This document shows, piece by piece, positions 1-9,160 of a stretch of 39,452 nt of DNA (positions are counted from its first letter, which is position 1; each line of letters begins with the position of its first letter). A program made the position numbers and the translations under genes. The stretch lies in assembly GCA_025966005.1 (NCBI GenBank), contig JAOPVV010000331.1, positions 1 through 39,452 on the forward strand, in the 5' to 3' direction. The notes beneath the pieces are model-generated. The model searched no databases, was not told where the DNA came from, and saw nothing but the letters and a program-made list of their open reading frames with translations. Source of the DNA: Frankiales bacterium. Its GTDB lineage: Bacteria > Actinomycetota > Actinomycetes > Mycobacteriales > SCTD01.

Positions 1-1817
1 CCCCGCAGGTCGCGCCCGAGCTGCCGGTGGCCGCGCCGGCCGTCGTGGTCCGACCCACCGTCGTCCCGGCCACGCCCGCCGAGGTCGTCCGGCCCGGCAG
101 CGACTCGGTGCGCGTCGCGGCCAGCAAGGTCTACGAGCTGCTCGACGTCGTCGGCGAGGCCGACCTCGGCGCCCGTCGCATCGAGCAGACCACCGGCTCC
201 CTGCTGTCGCTGGCCGCCGAGCAGGCCCGCTGGACCGCCACGCTGCGCCAGGCCACCCTGCGCAGCTCGAGCACGCTGCCCCCGGACGTCGCCCTCGCGC
301 TGCACCGCCTGGTCGGCGTCGGCGACGAGCTGTCGGGCGCCGTCCGCGGCCTGCGCGAGCTGGTCGAGGGCCACCGTGGCGGCATGGCGCTGGTGCGTGA
401 CGGCGCGATGGGCCTGGCGATGGTCCCGGTCCGGCGGGTCTTCGCCGCGCTGCCGCGCATCGTCCGCGACGTCGCCCAGGCGAGCGGCAAGCTCGTCCGG
501 CTCGAGACCGCCGGCGAGGACGTCGAGATCGACAAGCAGGTTCTGGACGGCGTCGCCGACGCGCTCAAGCACCTGGTGGTCAACGCCGTCGACCACGGCT
601 GCGAGGACCCGGTCGCGCGGGCCCGGGTCGGCAAGCTCGACGAGGCGGTCGTGCGGGTCACCGCCCGCGGCGTCGCCGGCACGGTCGTGCTCGAGGTCTC
701 CGACGACGGCGCTGGCGTCGACGAGGCGCGGGTGCGTGCCAAGGCGGTCGAGCTCGGGCTGCTGGCCGCCGACTCGGTGCTGTCCGGCCCGCCGCTGCTC
801 GACCTGCTGTTCACCCCGGCCTTCTCGACCGCCGCCACCGTCACCGAGACCTCCGGTCGCGGGGTCGGGCTCGACGTCGTCCGCGACGCCGTCGAGGAGC
901 TCGGCGGCTCGGTCGAGGTGCGCAGCGAGGCGGGGCAGGGGACGTCGTTCGTCCTCACCCTCCCGGTCACCCTCGGTGTGCTGCGGTGCCTGCTGGCCCG
1001 GGTCGGCGACGAGCGGTACGCGGTGCCCGTCCCTGGCGTCGTCGAGTCGCTGTCGCTGCGCGACGCCGAGGTCCACACCATGGCCGGCGCGACCGTCGTC
1101 GTCCGGCACGGCGTCTCGCTCCCGCTGCTCGACCTCGGTGCCGCCCTGGGGCTGTCCCGCGCGCCCGGCGAGACGGCGAAGGCCGCGCTGGTCGTGCGGC
1201 ACGGCACCGGCAGCCAGGTCGCCTGGGCCGTCGACCGGCTCGAGGGCGAGAGCGAGCTGGTCGTCAAGGACCTCGACTCCTTCCTCGGTCGGGTGCCGGC
1301 GATCGCCGGCGCCACCATCGACGGCGACGGCAGCGTCGTCTGCCTGCTCGACCTGCGCGAGCTGGCCGAGCGGGTCATCGGCTCGAACCCCGGCGTCGCC
1401 GCCAGCGTCCGGCCGCGCACCGCCCGGGCCGCCGCCCCGGTCGCCCGCCGTCCGCGGGTGCTCGTCGTCGAGGACTCGGTCGGCGTGCGCGAGCTCGAGC
1501 GGGTCATTCTCGAGGGCGCCGGCTACCAGGTCGAGACCGCCGTCGACGGCCTGGACGGCGTGGCCCGGCTGCGCGACGACCCGGCCGACCTGGTGCTCTC
1601 CGACGTCGAGATGCCCGGCATGGACGGCTTCGACCTCACCCGCACGATCCGCCGGACCAAGGGCTGGGAGAACGTCCCGGTGATCATCATGACCTCGCGC
1701 GGAGAGGACCACGCGCGACAGCAGGGCCTGGACGCCGGCTGCTCGGCGTACCTGCTCAAGAACGAGTTCGACCAGGAAGAGCTCGTCCGCACCGTCCGTC
1801 GACTAGTGGGTAGATGA
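1..1817 (+). CDS. cheA: CheA-type hybrid histidine kinase (HATPase-CheW-REC), 5'-truncated by window
   Basis: Motifs HLVVNAVDHG (N box), DDGAGVD (G1), FSTAATVTETSGRGVGLDVV (F/G2), LPVTL, a CheW-like domain and a C-terminal receiver (VLVVEDS...SDVEMPGMDG). The frame is open back to the window start; stop TGA at 1815-1817. Confidence 0.92.
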   Translation, partial: PQVAPELPVAAPAVVVRPTVVPATPAEVVRPGSDSVRVAASKVYELLDVVGEADLGARRIEQTTGSLLSLAAEQARWTATLRQATLRSSSTLPPDVALALHRLVGVGDELSGAVRGLRELVEGHRGGMALVRDGAMGLAMVPVRRVFAALPRIVRDVAQASGKLVRLETAGEDVEIDKQVLDGVADALKHLVVNAVDHGCEDPVARARVGKLDEAVVRVTARGVAGTVVLEVSDDGAGVDEARVRAKAVELGLLAADSVLSGPPLLDLLFTPAFSTAATVTETSGRGVGLDVVRDAVEELGGSVEVRSEAGQGTSFVLTLPVTLGVLRCLLARVGDERYAVPVPGVVESLSLRDAEVHTMAGATVVVRHGVSLPLLDLGAALGLSRAPGETAKAALVVRHGTGSQVAWAVDRLEGESELVVKDLDSFLGRVPAIAGATIDGDGSVVCLLDLRELAERVIGSNPGVAASVRPRTARAAAPVARRPRVLVVEDSVGVRELERVILEGAGYQVETAVDGLDGVARLRDDPADLVLSDVEMPGMDGFDLTRTIRRTKGWENVPVIIMTSRGEDHARQQGLDAGCSAYLLKNEFDQEELVRTVRRLVGR

Positions 1818-1818
1818 C

Positions 1819-2799
1819 ATGGCCAAGATCGTGATCGCTGACGACAGCCCGACGCTGCGCAGGATCGTCACCAGCGTGCTCACCAGAGAGGGCCACGAGG
1901 TCCTCGCCGCCGAGGACGGGATCGGCGCCGTCCAGCTCGTCTTCCAGCACCAGCCGGACGCGGTGGTGCTCGACGTCCAGATGCCGCGGGTGTCCGGCTT
2001 CATCGCCGCCCGCGTGCTCAAGGACGACTGGCAGACCGCGGACGTCCCCGTCGTCATGCTCACCTCGCTCGACGCGGCCAGCGACCGCTACTGGGCCGGC
2101 CAGGCCGGCGTCGACCGCTACCTGACCAAGGACTTCGAGGCCGGTGAGCTCGCCGCCACGATCGACGAGGTGCTGCTCAGCGCCACCGCCGCCCGGGGCG
2201 GACGGCCGGCGCTCAAGGCCGACCCGCTCGAGCTGTCCGAGGAGGACGTCCTGTCGCGGGTCTGCGACCTGCTCGACCGCAAGCTGTTCGAGAGCTCGGT
2301 CGCGCAGGCCGTCACCGCCATCGCCGCGACCGCCAACGGGCTGGAGGCCTCCGTGGCAGCCCTGCTCGGCGTGCTGCAGCGCTTCGTCGGCTACGACCTG
2401 GCCGCCGTGCTGCTGGCCGAGGAGCGCCAGGCCTACGTCGCCGTCGGCCGGCCCACCGCGCAGGAGCACTACGAGGCGTTCCTCGGTGCCGCGGCCGACG
2501 CGGTGTCGTCGTACGGCGGGCAGCCGGTCGGCGCCGCCGAGCTGTCGACGCTCGTCGCGCACGCCGGCGGCACCGTCGTCACCGACGTCGAGGAGCTCCC
2601 GAGCCCCGAGCAGGCCGCGATGGCGACCTACCTGTCGATGCCGCTGCGCGGCCAAGGAGGCGCGGTGGTCGGCGTCCTGGCGCTGTCGAGCGCGGTGAAG
2701 AACGCCTTCGGCGAGACGGCCCTGTCGACGCTGAAGCTGATCGAGGGACCGGCCGCGATCGTCATCGACAACGCGCGGCTGTCGGGCGCCCGGGTCTGA
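1819..2799 (+). CDS. Response regulator, N-terminal REC plus C-terminal GAF-like domain
   Basis: KIVIADDS...LDVQMP...MLTS...YLTKDF receiver. The C-terminus YLSMPLRGQGGAVVGVLALSS...AAIVIDNARL is a typical GAF ending. Starts 1 nt after the cheA stop. Confidence 0.85.
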   Translation: MAKIVIADDSPTLRRIVTSVLTREGHEVLAAEDGIGAVQLVFQHQPDAVVLDVQMPRVSGFIAARVLKDDWQTADVPVVMLTSLDAASDRYWAGQAGVDRYLTKDFEAGELAATIDEVLLSATAARGGRPALKADPLELSEEDVLSRVCDLLDRKLFESSVAQAVTAIAATANGLEASVAALLGVLQRFVGYDLAAVLLAEERQAYVAVGRPTAQEHYEAFLGAAADAVSSYGGQPVGAAELSTLVAHAGGTVVTDVEELPSPEQAAMATYLSMPLRGQGGAVVGVLALSSAVKNAFGETALSTLKLIEGPAAIVIDNARLSGARV

Positions 2800-2926
2800 G
2801 ACCGGTCGCTCGCGGGGCCCGGCTCGGTAGGGTGGGGCCTCGACGCCGGCTCCCGCACCGTCGCGGCCGGCTGGACGCCGCGGGTCGCCGACCGGGCGCC
2901 CTCCGCCACGACCCAGGAGCTCATCC

Positions 2927-4654
2927 GTGCCTGCCCGTCGCACCCTCGCCCTCGCCGGAGGGGCGCTCGCCGCCGCCGTCGTCCTCGGCCTCGGAGCGAC
3001 CGCGGCCCTGGCCGGCGACGAGGTCCCCGACGGCACCCGCGTCGCCGGCGTCGACCTCGGCGGCCTCAGCCGCGCGCAGGCGGTCTGGAAGCTCGAGCAG
3101 GACCTCGACGTCTCCGCCCCCGTCCGGCTCGAGGCGGACGGCGAGCAGCTGGTCGTCGACCCGGACGACGCCGGGCTGTCGGTCGACGCCGCGGCCACCG
3201 TCGCCGATGCACTGTCGGTCGGTCCGATCGGTCGGCTGCGCTCACTGGTGGGGTCCGAGCGCGAGGTCGACGCCGTCACCGCGGTCGACGAGGCGGCCCT
3301 GTCGGTCTCGCTCACCGCGCTCAAGGAGGAGTTCGACCGGGAGGAGCGCGAGGGTGCGGTCCGCTTCACCGCCGAGCCCGTCCCCGTCCCGGCGCTGCCG
3401 GTCACCGGGCGCGAGCTCGAGGTCGAGGACGCCGTCGACGCGGTGCGCCAGGCCTGGCCGAGCACCTCGCCGATCGAGGTGCCGGTCGACGTCACCGAGG
3501 TCGAGACCACCGCCGAGGACGTCGAGCGGGCGCTGCGCGAGGTCGCCGTCCCCGCGCTGTCCGCGCCGGTCCTCGTCAGCGCTCCCGGCGGGACGGTCGA
3601 CGTCGAGCCGATCGACATCGCCAAGGCGCTGCGCATCGAGGCCGACGACGACGGCGAGCTCACGCCCCGCTTCGACGAGGCGGTGCTGCACGAGCGGCTG
3701 CGCGACCGGCTCGACGCCGTGGGGCAGCCGCCCGTCGACGCCACCTTCCGGATCGAGGACGGCAAGCCCGTGCTCGTCCCGTCGAAAGACGGCACGAGCA
3801 TCTCGCCGGCCGACCTCGCGTCCGCCGTCCTCGGAGCGATCACCGAGCCCGCACCACGCGCCGCCACCGCAGAGCTGTCACCCGCGACGGCCCGGATCAC
3901 CACCGCAAAGGCCAAGACCCTCGGCATCGTCGAGGAGATCGGCTCGTACACCAGCAACCACCCGTGCTGCCGGCCCCGGGTCGAGAACATCCACCGCATC
4001 GCCGACATCGTGAACGGCCAGATCGTCCTGCCCGGCGAGCAGTTCGACCTCAACGGCTTCGTCGGCCCGCGCGACAGGGCCCGGGGGTTCGTCGAGGCGC
4101 CGCAGATCCTCGAGGGCGAGTTCGTCGACCGGGTCGGCGGCGGTGTCTCGCAGTTCGCGACCGCGCTGTGGAACGCCGTGTTCTTCAGCGGTCTCAAGGA
4201 CATCACCCACTCGGCGCACAGCTACTACATCAGCCGCTACCCGCCCGGTCGCGAGGCGACGGTCAGCTTCCCCAAGCCCGACCTGATCTTCGAGAACGAC
4301 ACCCCGCACGGCGTCCTCATCACCACCGCCTACACCGGCACGTCGATCACGGTCACCTTCTGGGGCACCAAGCGGTACGACGAGGTGCGCGCGGAGACCG
4401 GCCCCCGGACGCGGCTGCGCGACTTCAGCACCCAGTACGTCCAGCGCGACGACTGCACGGCCACCCAGGGGGAGGAGGGCTTCGACATCGTCGTGACCCG
4501 CGTCTTCGTGGACGGCGGGCGCGTGGTGGAGCGCGAGCCGTTCCGGACCCGCTACAAGCCCGAGCCCCGCTTCATCTGCGGCCCGCCCCCGGCCAAGGCC
4601 CGCCCGGCCGCGCCGACCCCCGCTCCGGCCCCGTCGGCCCCACCCGCCGCCTGA
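2927..4654 (+). CDS. VanW/YoaR-family exported protein with peptidoglycan-binding (PG_binding_4-like) region
   Basis: AGGAG SD upstream of GTG. N-terminal signal/TM, GTRVAGVDLGGLSRAQA motif, and VanW core RVENI...PGEQFDLN...GGGVSQFATALWNAVFFSGL...HSYYISRYPPGREATV. Confidence 0.88.
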   Translation: MPARRTLALAGGALAAAVVLGLGATAALAGDEVPDGTRVAGVDLGGLSRAQAVWKLEQDLDVSAPVRLEADGEQLVVDPDDAGLSVDAAATVADALSVGPIGRLRSLVGSEREVDAVTAVDEAALSVSLTALKEEFDREEREGAVRFTAEPVPVPALPVTGRELEVEDAVDAVRQAWPSTSPIEVPVDVTEVETTAEDVERALREVAVPALSAPVLVSAPGGTVDVEPIDIAKALRIEADDDGELTPRFDEAVLHERLRDRLDAVGQPPVDATFRIEDGKPVLVPSKDGTSISPADLASAVLGAITEPAPRAATAELSPATARITTAKAKTLGIVEEIGSYTSNHPCCRPRVENIHRIADIVNGQIVLPGEQFDLNGFVGPRDRARGFVEAPQILEGEFVDRVGGGVSQFATALWNAVFFSGLKDITHSAHSYYISRYPPGREATVSFPKPDLIFENDTPHGVLITTAYTGTSITVTFWGTKRYDEVRAETGPRTRLRDFSTQYVQRDDCTATQGEEGFDIVVTRVFVDGGRVVEREPFRTRYKPEPRFICGPPPAKARPAAPTPAPAPSAPPAA

Positions 4655-4698
4655 CCTTGGGAGCTTCTCCGCACCAGGGTGCCGAGGAACCTGCGAAG
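4655..4698 (+). repeat. REP-like palindromic repeat, copy A (left end)
   Basis: CCTTGGGAGCTTCTCCGCACCAGGGTGCCGAGGAACCTGCGAAG. By hand alignment it is 36/45 identical to the reverse complement of 5728-5772, with an internal GCACC/GGTGC stem. Begins directly after the vanW-like stop codon. Confidence 0.8.
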
Positions 4699-4793
4699 GG
4701 TCGGACCTGCCCGCACGGACGGACGCGACCGCGCCGTCCACAGGAGGGCTGGACCATCGTCGGCTGACCGCGGAGCGGGGCGACCCTAGCGCC

Positions 4794-5723
4794 ATGACCG
4801 TCGCCCGCTCGGCCTCGCCGCTGCCCTGGGCGAACGTGCTCCGTCAGCAGGAGGGCGTCCTGGAACGGAGGCAGGCGCTCGCGGGCGGGCTCAGCCCTGA
4901 CGCCTGGCAGTGGCGGGTGGCCAGCGGCCGGTGGCGGCCCGTCCTGCCGGGGTGGTCGTGGGGCAGGACGTCGACCCGACGCCGGTCCAGTGCCGCTGGG
5001 CGGCCGCTGTCCACGCCGGAGCGGGAGCGGCCCTGTCCGGTGATGCTGCGCTGCTCGTCCACGGGCTGTCGCTGCCCGAGCCGCAGGTCTGCACGTCGCC
5101 GTGCCCGAGCACCGCCGGGTCGCTGCGCAGGTGCTCCCCGGCGGCGTGCGGATCCGCGTCCGCCGGGTGCGCGGGCTCGACCGGCTCGTCCACCCCGTCC
5201 TCCAGCCACCGGTGCTCCGCGTCGCCCCCGCTGTCCTGCACGCCGTGGCGTGGGCAGCCCACGACCGCGCGGGGGAGTGGCGGCTGACCGCTGCGGTGCA
5301 GCAACGGGCGGTGCGACCGGCCGACCTGCGGCGCGCGCTCGACGAGTCGTGCAGCCTGCCGCCGTCGAGACCGGTCCGGACCGTCCGGGACGACGTCGAG
5401 CTGGGGCCCACGCGGCCAGCGAGCTCGCGTTCCTGCGCTTCGTCCGGCGCCACGGCCTGCCCGCCCCCGACCGCCTTCAGCGACCCGTCCGTGCCGGCTC
5501 GCTGCGCTACCTCGACGCCTGGTGGCAGCACCAGCGGGTCGCCGTGGAGGTCGACGCAGCGCACCACCGGTCGGTGAGCGCCTGGGAGGCCGACGTCCTG
5601 CGCGGGAACGAGGTGCAGCTCGCCGGCCGGCACGACCGGGTGCTGCTGCTCCGCTTCACCACGGGCAACCTCCGACACGAGCCGGCCAGGGTGGCCGCGC
5701 AGCTCGCCGCCGCCCTCCGATGA
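4794..5723 (+). pseudogene. AbiEi-like wHTH plus DUF559/Vsr-like (PD-(D/E)xK) endonuclease gene with three single-base frameshifts
   Basis: N-terminus RQQEGVLERRQALAGGLS...GRWRPVLPG(V); ALSGDAALLVHG in a second frame; LHVAVP...LTAAVQQRAVRPADLRRAL in a third frame; then SELAFLRFVRRHGLPAP...YLDAWW...VAVEVDAAHH...LLRFT back in the first frame. Shifts at ~4950, ~5089 and ~5405. Confidence 0.75.
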
Positions 5724-5727
5724 ACGG

Positions 5728-5772
5728 CTTCGGCGGTTCGTCAGCACCCTGGCGCCGGAGATGTTCCGAAGG
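5728..5772 (-). repeat. REP-like palindromic repeat, copy B (right end, inverted relative to A)
   Basis: CTTCGGCGGTTCGTCAGCACCCTGGCGCCGGAGATGTTCCGAAGG, starting 4 nt after the nuclease-gene stop; matches copies A and C. Confidence 0.8.
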
Positions 5773-5783
5773 TGCCGGCGGGC

Positions 5784-7190
5784 TCAGGCCAGGGACCACT
5801 CCTGGCCGGCCTTGGTGTCCTTGACCGAGACGCCGAGGGCGGCCAGCTCGTCGCGCAGCCGGTCGGAGGCGGCGAAGTCCTTGCCGGTCCGGGCGGCCGC
5901 CCGCTCGTCGAGCAGCGACTGCGCGCCCCCGGGCAGGGCGGCGGCGACCACCGGCTGCCCGACCGTCCGCGCCAGGTCGAGGCCGAGCAGCGTGTCGGCC
6001 CAGGCGAACGTCTCGAACTTGGCACCCGGAGCGACCTCGTCGTCCTTCTCGAGCCGGCGCAGCACCTGCAGCGCCTTCGGGGTGTCGAGGTCGTCCTCGA
6101 ACGCGGCCAGCACCTCGTCCCGGTACGCCGGGGCGATCGCCTCCGACGGCGACTCGGCCCACGCTGCGACGGCCGTCCGCCAGCGGGTGATCAGGGCGTC
6201 GGCGGCCGCGATCGACTCCCACGACAGGTTGGCCTGCTGGCGGTAGCGCGACGACAGGAAGGCCAGCCGCAGCGCGAGCGGGTCGTGCCCGCGGGCGGTG
6301 ACGTCCTCGACGAGTACGACGTTGCCCGTCGACTTGGCCATCTTGCGGCCCTCGAACAGCAGGTGCTCGCCGTGCACCCAGTGCCCGACCACCTCGTGCC
6401 CGACAGCGCAGTTCGACTGCGCCCGCTCGTCCTCGTGGTGTGGGAAGCGCAGGTCGATGCCGCCGGTGTGCAGGTCGATGGTGTCGCCCAGCAGGTCCAG
6501 CGACATCGCCGAGCACTCGACGTGCCAGCCGGGGAAGCCGGCGCCCCAGGGGGAGTCCCAGGTCATCTCGCGGTGCGCGCCGGCCAGCTTCCACAGCGCC
6601 CAGTCGGCGTGGAAGCGCTTGCCGGTCGCGGCCGACTCCCCGGTCGCGCCGTGCCCGGCGCGCAGGTCCTCGAGCCGGTTGCCGGACAGCTGGCCGTACG
6701 CGTCGTAGGACTGCGCGGCGAAGTAGACGGTGCCGTCGTCGCCGACGTAGGCGTTGCCGCTGGCGACCAGCCGCTCGATCAGCGTGATCATCGACGGGAT
6801 CCACTCCGAGGCCCGCGGGTAGGCGTCGGCCGGCCGGACGTTGAGCGCCGCGAGGTCGCGGTGGAAGGCGTCCTCGTAGAAGCGGGCGATCGCGAACGGG
6901 CTCTTGTCCTCGAGCCGGGCCTGCGCGAGGAGCTTGTCCTCGCCGGTCGAGTCGATGGCGGTGTCGTCCTGCAGGTGCCCGACGTCGGTGATGTTCTGCA
7001 CCAGCTTGACCCGCAGCCCGCGCCGCTCGGCCGTCCGCCGGATGAGGTCGGTGAGCAGGAAGGTCCGCAGGTTCCCGACGTGGGCGTACCGGTAGACGGT
7101 CGGCCCGCAGGCGTAGACGGTCAGCAGCCCGGGGGTGGAGGCGGTGACCTCGCGGACGGTCTTGGTCTGGGTGTCGGTCAGGCGCAGCAC
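5784..7190 (-). CDS. cysS: Cysteine--tRNA ligase
   Basis: YACGPTVY..AHVGN (HIGH), NITDVGHL, DWALWK, GFPGWHVECSAM, GGIDLRFPHHE, KMAKS, and the anticodon domain SDRLRDELAALGV. The start is placed at GTG 7190 (MLRLTDT, typical CysRS N-terminus, TACCGT 8 nt upstream) rather than 7286. Confidence 0.93.
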   Translation of the reverse strand: MLRLTDTQTKTVREVTASTPGLLTVYACGPTVYRYAHVGNLRTFLLTDLIRRTAERRGLRVKLVQNITDVGHLQDDTAIDSTGEDKLLAQARLEDKSPFAIARFYEDAFHRDLAALNVRPADAYPRASEWIPSMITLIERLVASGNAYVGDDGTVYFAAQSYDAYGQLSGNRLEDLRAGHGATGESAATGKRFHADWALWKLAGAHREMTWDSPWGAGFPGWHVECSAMSLDLLGDTIDLHTGGIDLRFPHHEDERAQSNCAVGHEVVGHWVHGEHLLFEGRKMAKSTGNVVLVEDVTARGHDPLALRLAFLSSRYRQQANLSWESIAAADALITRWRTAVAAWAESPSEAIAPAYRDEVLAAFEDDLDTPKALQVLRRLEKDDEVAPGAKFETFAWADTLLGLDLARTVGQPVVAAALPGGAQSLLDERAAARTGKDFAASDRLRDELAALGVSVKDTKAGQEWSLA

Positions 7191-7390
7191 GGGACGAGAC
7201 GGTACGGCGACGACGGTCGGCGGGCTGGCCGGCCAGTCGGGACGGGGCTCGGAGTCCTGCGTGTCCGGTTCTGGACGAGCTGTCACGGGCCCGTCCCGCG
7301 GAGCGGGCGACCGCAGCCCGTGCCGGGCGTCAGGATGCGTGAGAGGTTCTCCCTGCGCTGCCCCTGCACCACGAACCCGAAGGAGTGCCG

Positions 7391-9142
7391 GTGTCGTCCG
7401 GTTCCCGTCTGAAGTCCCGTCCGCTGTCCGCCCTGCTCGCTGCAGCCGTCGTCGGGACGGGCGCCGTCGCGCTCGCCGCGCCGGCCGCCGCCGCGACGGG
7501 TGGCGTCCTCGTCTACGGCCTCACCGAGTCCGACCAGATCGTCCAGTTCCGCGCCGGCACGCCCGGCACGCTGATCTTCAACAGCCCCGTCGTGGGCATC
7601 GCCGCGAACGAGGAGCTCGTCGGCATCGACGTCCGCCCGGCGACCGGCGCCCTCTACGGCGTCGTCGACGGCCCGGTCTCCGACCGGGTCATCACCATCA
7701 ACCCGACGACCGGCGCGATCACCAGCACCGTCCAGCTCGCCACCGCCCTCACGGGCAAGACCTTCGGCGTGGACTTCAACCCGATGGCCGACCGGCTGCG
7801 CATCGTCGGCGACGACGACAGCAGCTACAACGTGACCGTCGACGGGGCCAACGGCGGCGCCGTGCTCGTCCAGGGCGCGATCAACCCGGCCGACGCCCAG
7901 GTCCGCGGCGTCGCGTACCTCAACAACGTCGCCGGCGCTGCGTCCACTCAGCTGCTGGACCTCGACACGACCGGCGCTGACCGGCTCGCGCAGCAGAACG
8001 TCGCCACCGGCGCCCTGACCTACCGCGGTCTCACCGGCACCGACGTCTCCGAGTCCGCTACGAGCACCGCGTCGGTCGGCTTCGACATCGAGGCCGTCAC
8101 CGGCACGGCGTACGCGCTGCTCGAGGGCGCGACCGGCCGCGAGGCGCTGTACACGGTCGACCTGACCACCGGTGCCGCCAGGCTGGTCGGCGCGTTCGAC
8201 GACAGCGCCGTGATCGAGGACATCGCCGTCGCGAGCCCCCGCTTCTCGGTCGCGGACGCCTCCGCCAACGAGGGCTCGAGCGCCAGCGTCGTCGTCACCC
8301 GCTCCGGTGACACCGCGGACACCGCCACGGTCCAGCTCGCGCTGACCACCGGCGGAGCCGCCGGGAGCGCCGCGCCGTCCGACTTCACCAGCGCCACCCC
8401 GACGGTGACCTTCGCTGCCGGCGCGACGACGGCCGCGGCCACCATCGCCCTCACGGCCGACACCGAGGTGGAGCCGAGCGAGACCTTCACGGTCACGATC
8501 TCCACGCCGGCCGGCCCCGGCGGGAACGCCGCCGTCGCTGACGCCACCGGCATCGTGACGATCCTCGACGGTCCGGGCACCGCGCCGGGCTGCTCGGTCG
8601 CCGCGTCCGTCGTCCTGCAGTCCGCCACGATCATCGCGACCGGCTCCGCCGGCGTGAGCGTCAAGGCCACCCCCGGCAAGGTCGTCGACCTGTTCGCCTA
8701 CACCCGTCCGTCCATCGCGTACCGCCTGGTCCGCAGCGGCACGACCGGTGCGGACGGCACGCTGGCCTTCGCGGCCCTCAAGCCGCCGGCCAACACCCGG
8801 CTGTACGCGCAGGAGCGCGGCTGCGCCATCGGCCAGTCCGTCGTCCTGAACGTCCGCACGGCGATCAGCCTGTTCGCCAAGCGCAACGCCACGCGCGACT
8901 ACACCTTCAGCGGTGACAGCCTCCCGGCCCGTCCGGGTGGCCTCATCGTCAGCCTGTACCGCGTCAACCCGAACGGCTCGCAGGTCCTGACCTCCCAGGT
9001 CCGCGCGTCCGCCACCACGGGTGACTGGGTCATCAACCGCAGGTTCACCGGCTCGGGCCGCTTCGGCTTCGTCGTCCGCACCGGCCAGGACCTGCAGAAC
9101 GCCCCGGGCGCCAGCAACGTGCGCCCGACGCTGATCTACTAG
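7391..9142 (+). CDS. Secreted protein: signal peptide, DUF4394-like domain, Calx-beta domain, unassigned C-terminal domain
   Basis: AAGGAG SD at 7380-7385 favours GTG 7391. Sec signal ends APAAA. LVGIDVRPATGALYG and FGVDFNPMADRLRIV are DUF4394-type motifs; DTEVEPSETFTVTIS is a Calx-beta motif. Confidence 0.8.
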   Translation: MSSGSRLKSRPLSALLAAAVVGTGAVALAAPAAAATGGVLVYGLTESDQIVQFRAGTPGTLIFNSPVVGIAANEELVGIDVRPATGALYGVVDGPVSDRVITINPTTGAITSTVQLATALTGKTFGVDFNPMADRLRIVGDDDSSYNVTVDGANGGAVLVQGAINPADAQVRGVAYLNNVAGAASTQLLDLDTTGADRLAQQNVATGALTYRGLTGTDVSESATSTASVGFDIEAVTGTAYALLEGATGREALYTVDLTTGAARLVGAFDDSAVIEDIAVASPRFSVADASANEGSSASVVVTRSGDTADTATVQLALTTGGAAGSAAPSDFTSATPTVTFAAGATTAAATIALTADTEVEPSETFTVTISTPAGPGGNAAVADATGIVTILDGPGTAPGCSVAASVVLQSATIIATGSAGVSVKATPGKVVDLFAYTRPSIAYRLVRSGTTGADGTLAFAALKPPANTRLYAQERGCAIGQSVVLNVRTAISLFAKRNATRDYTFSGDSLPARPGGLIVSLYRVNPNGSQVLTSQVRASATTGDWVINRRFTGSGRFGFVVRTGQDLQNAPGASNVRPTLIY

Positions 9143-9160
9143 CAGCACCGCACGTCCGCC

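Noticed and set aside
2927-4654. Vancomycin resistance locus
   Set aside because: VanW-domain proteins are widespread, and no vanHAX/vanRS genes are present.
4655-5772. Classical IS element or complete type IV toxin-antitoxin pair
   Set aside because: No DDE, HUH or recombinase motifs, no clear target-site duplication, and no AbiEii toxin gene adjacent.
5784-7190. MshC (mycothiol ligase) instead of CysRS
   Set aside because: It has CGPTVY rather than CGITPY and retains the C-terminal anticodon-binding domain.
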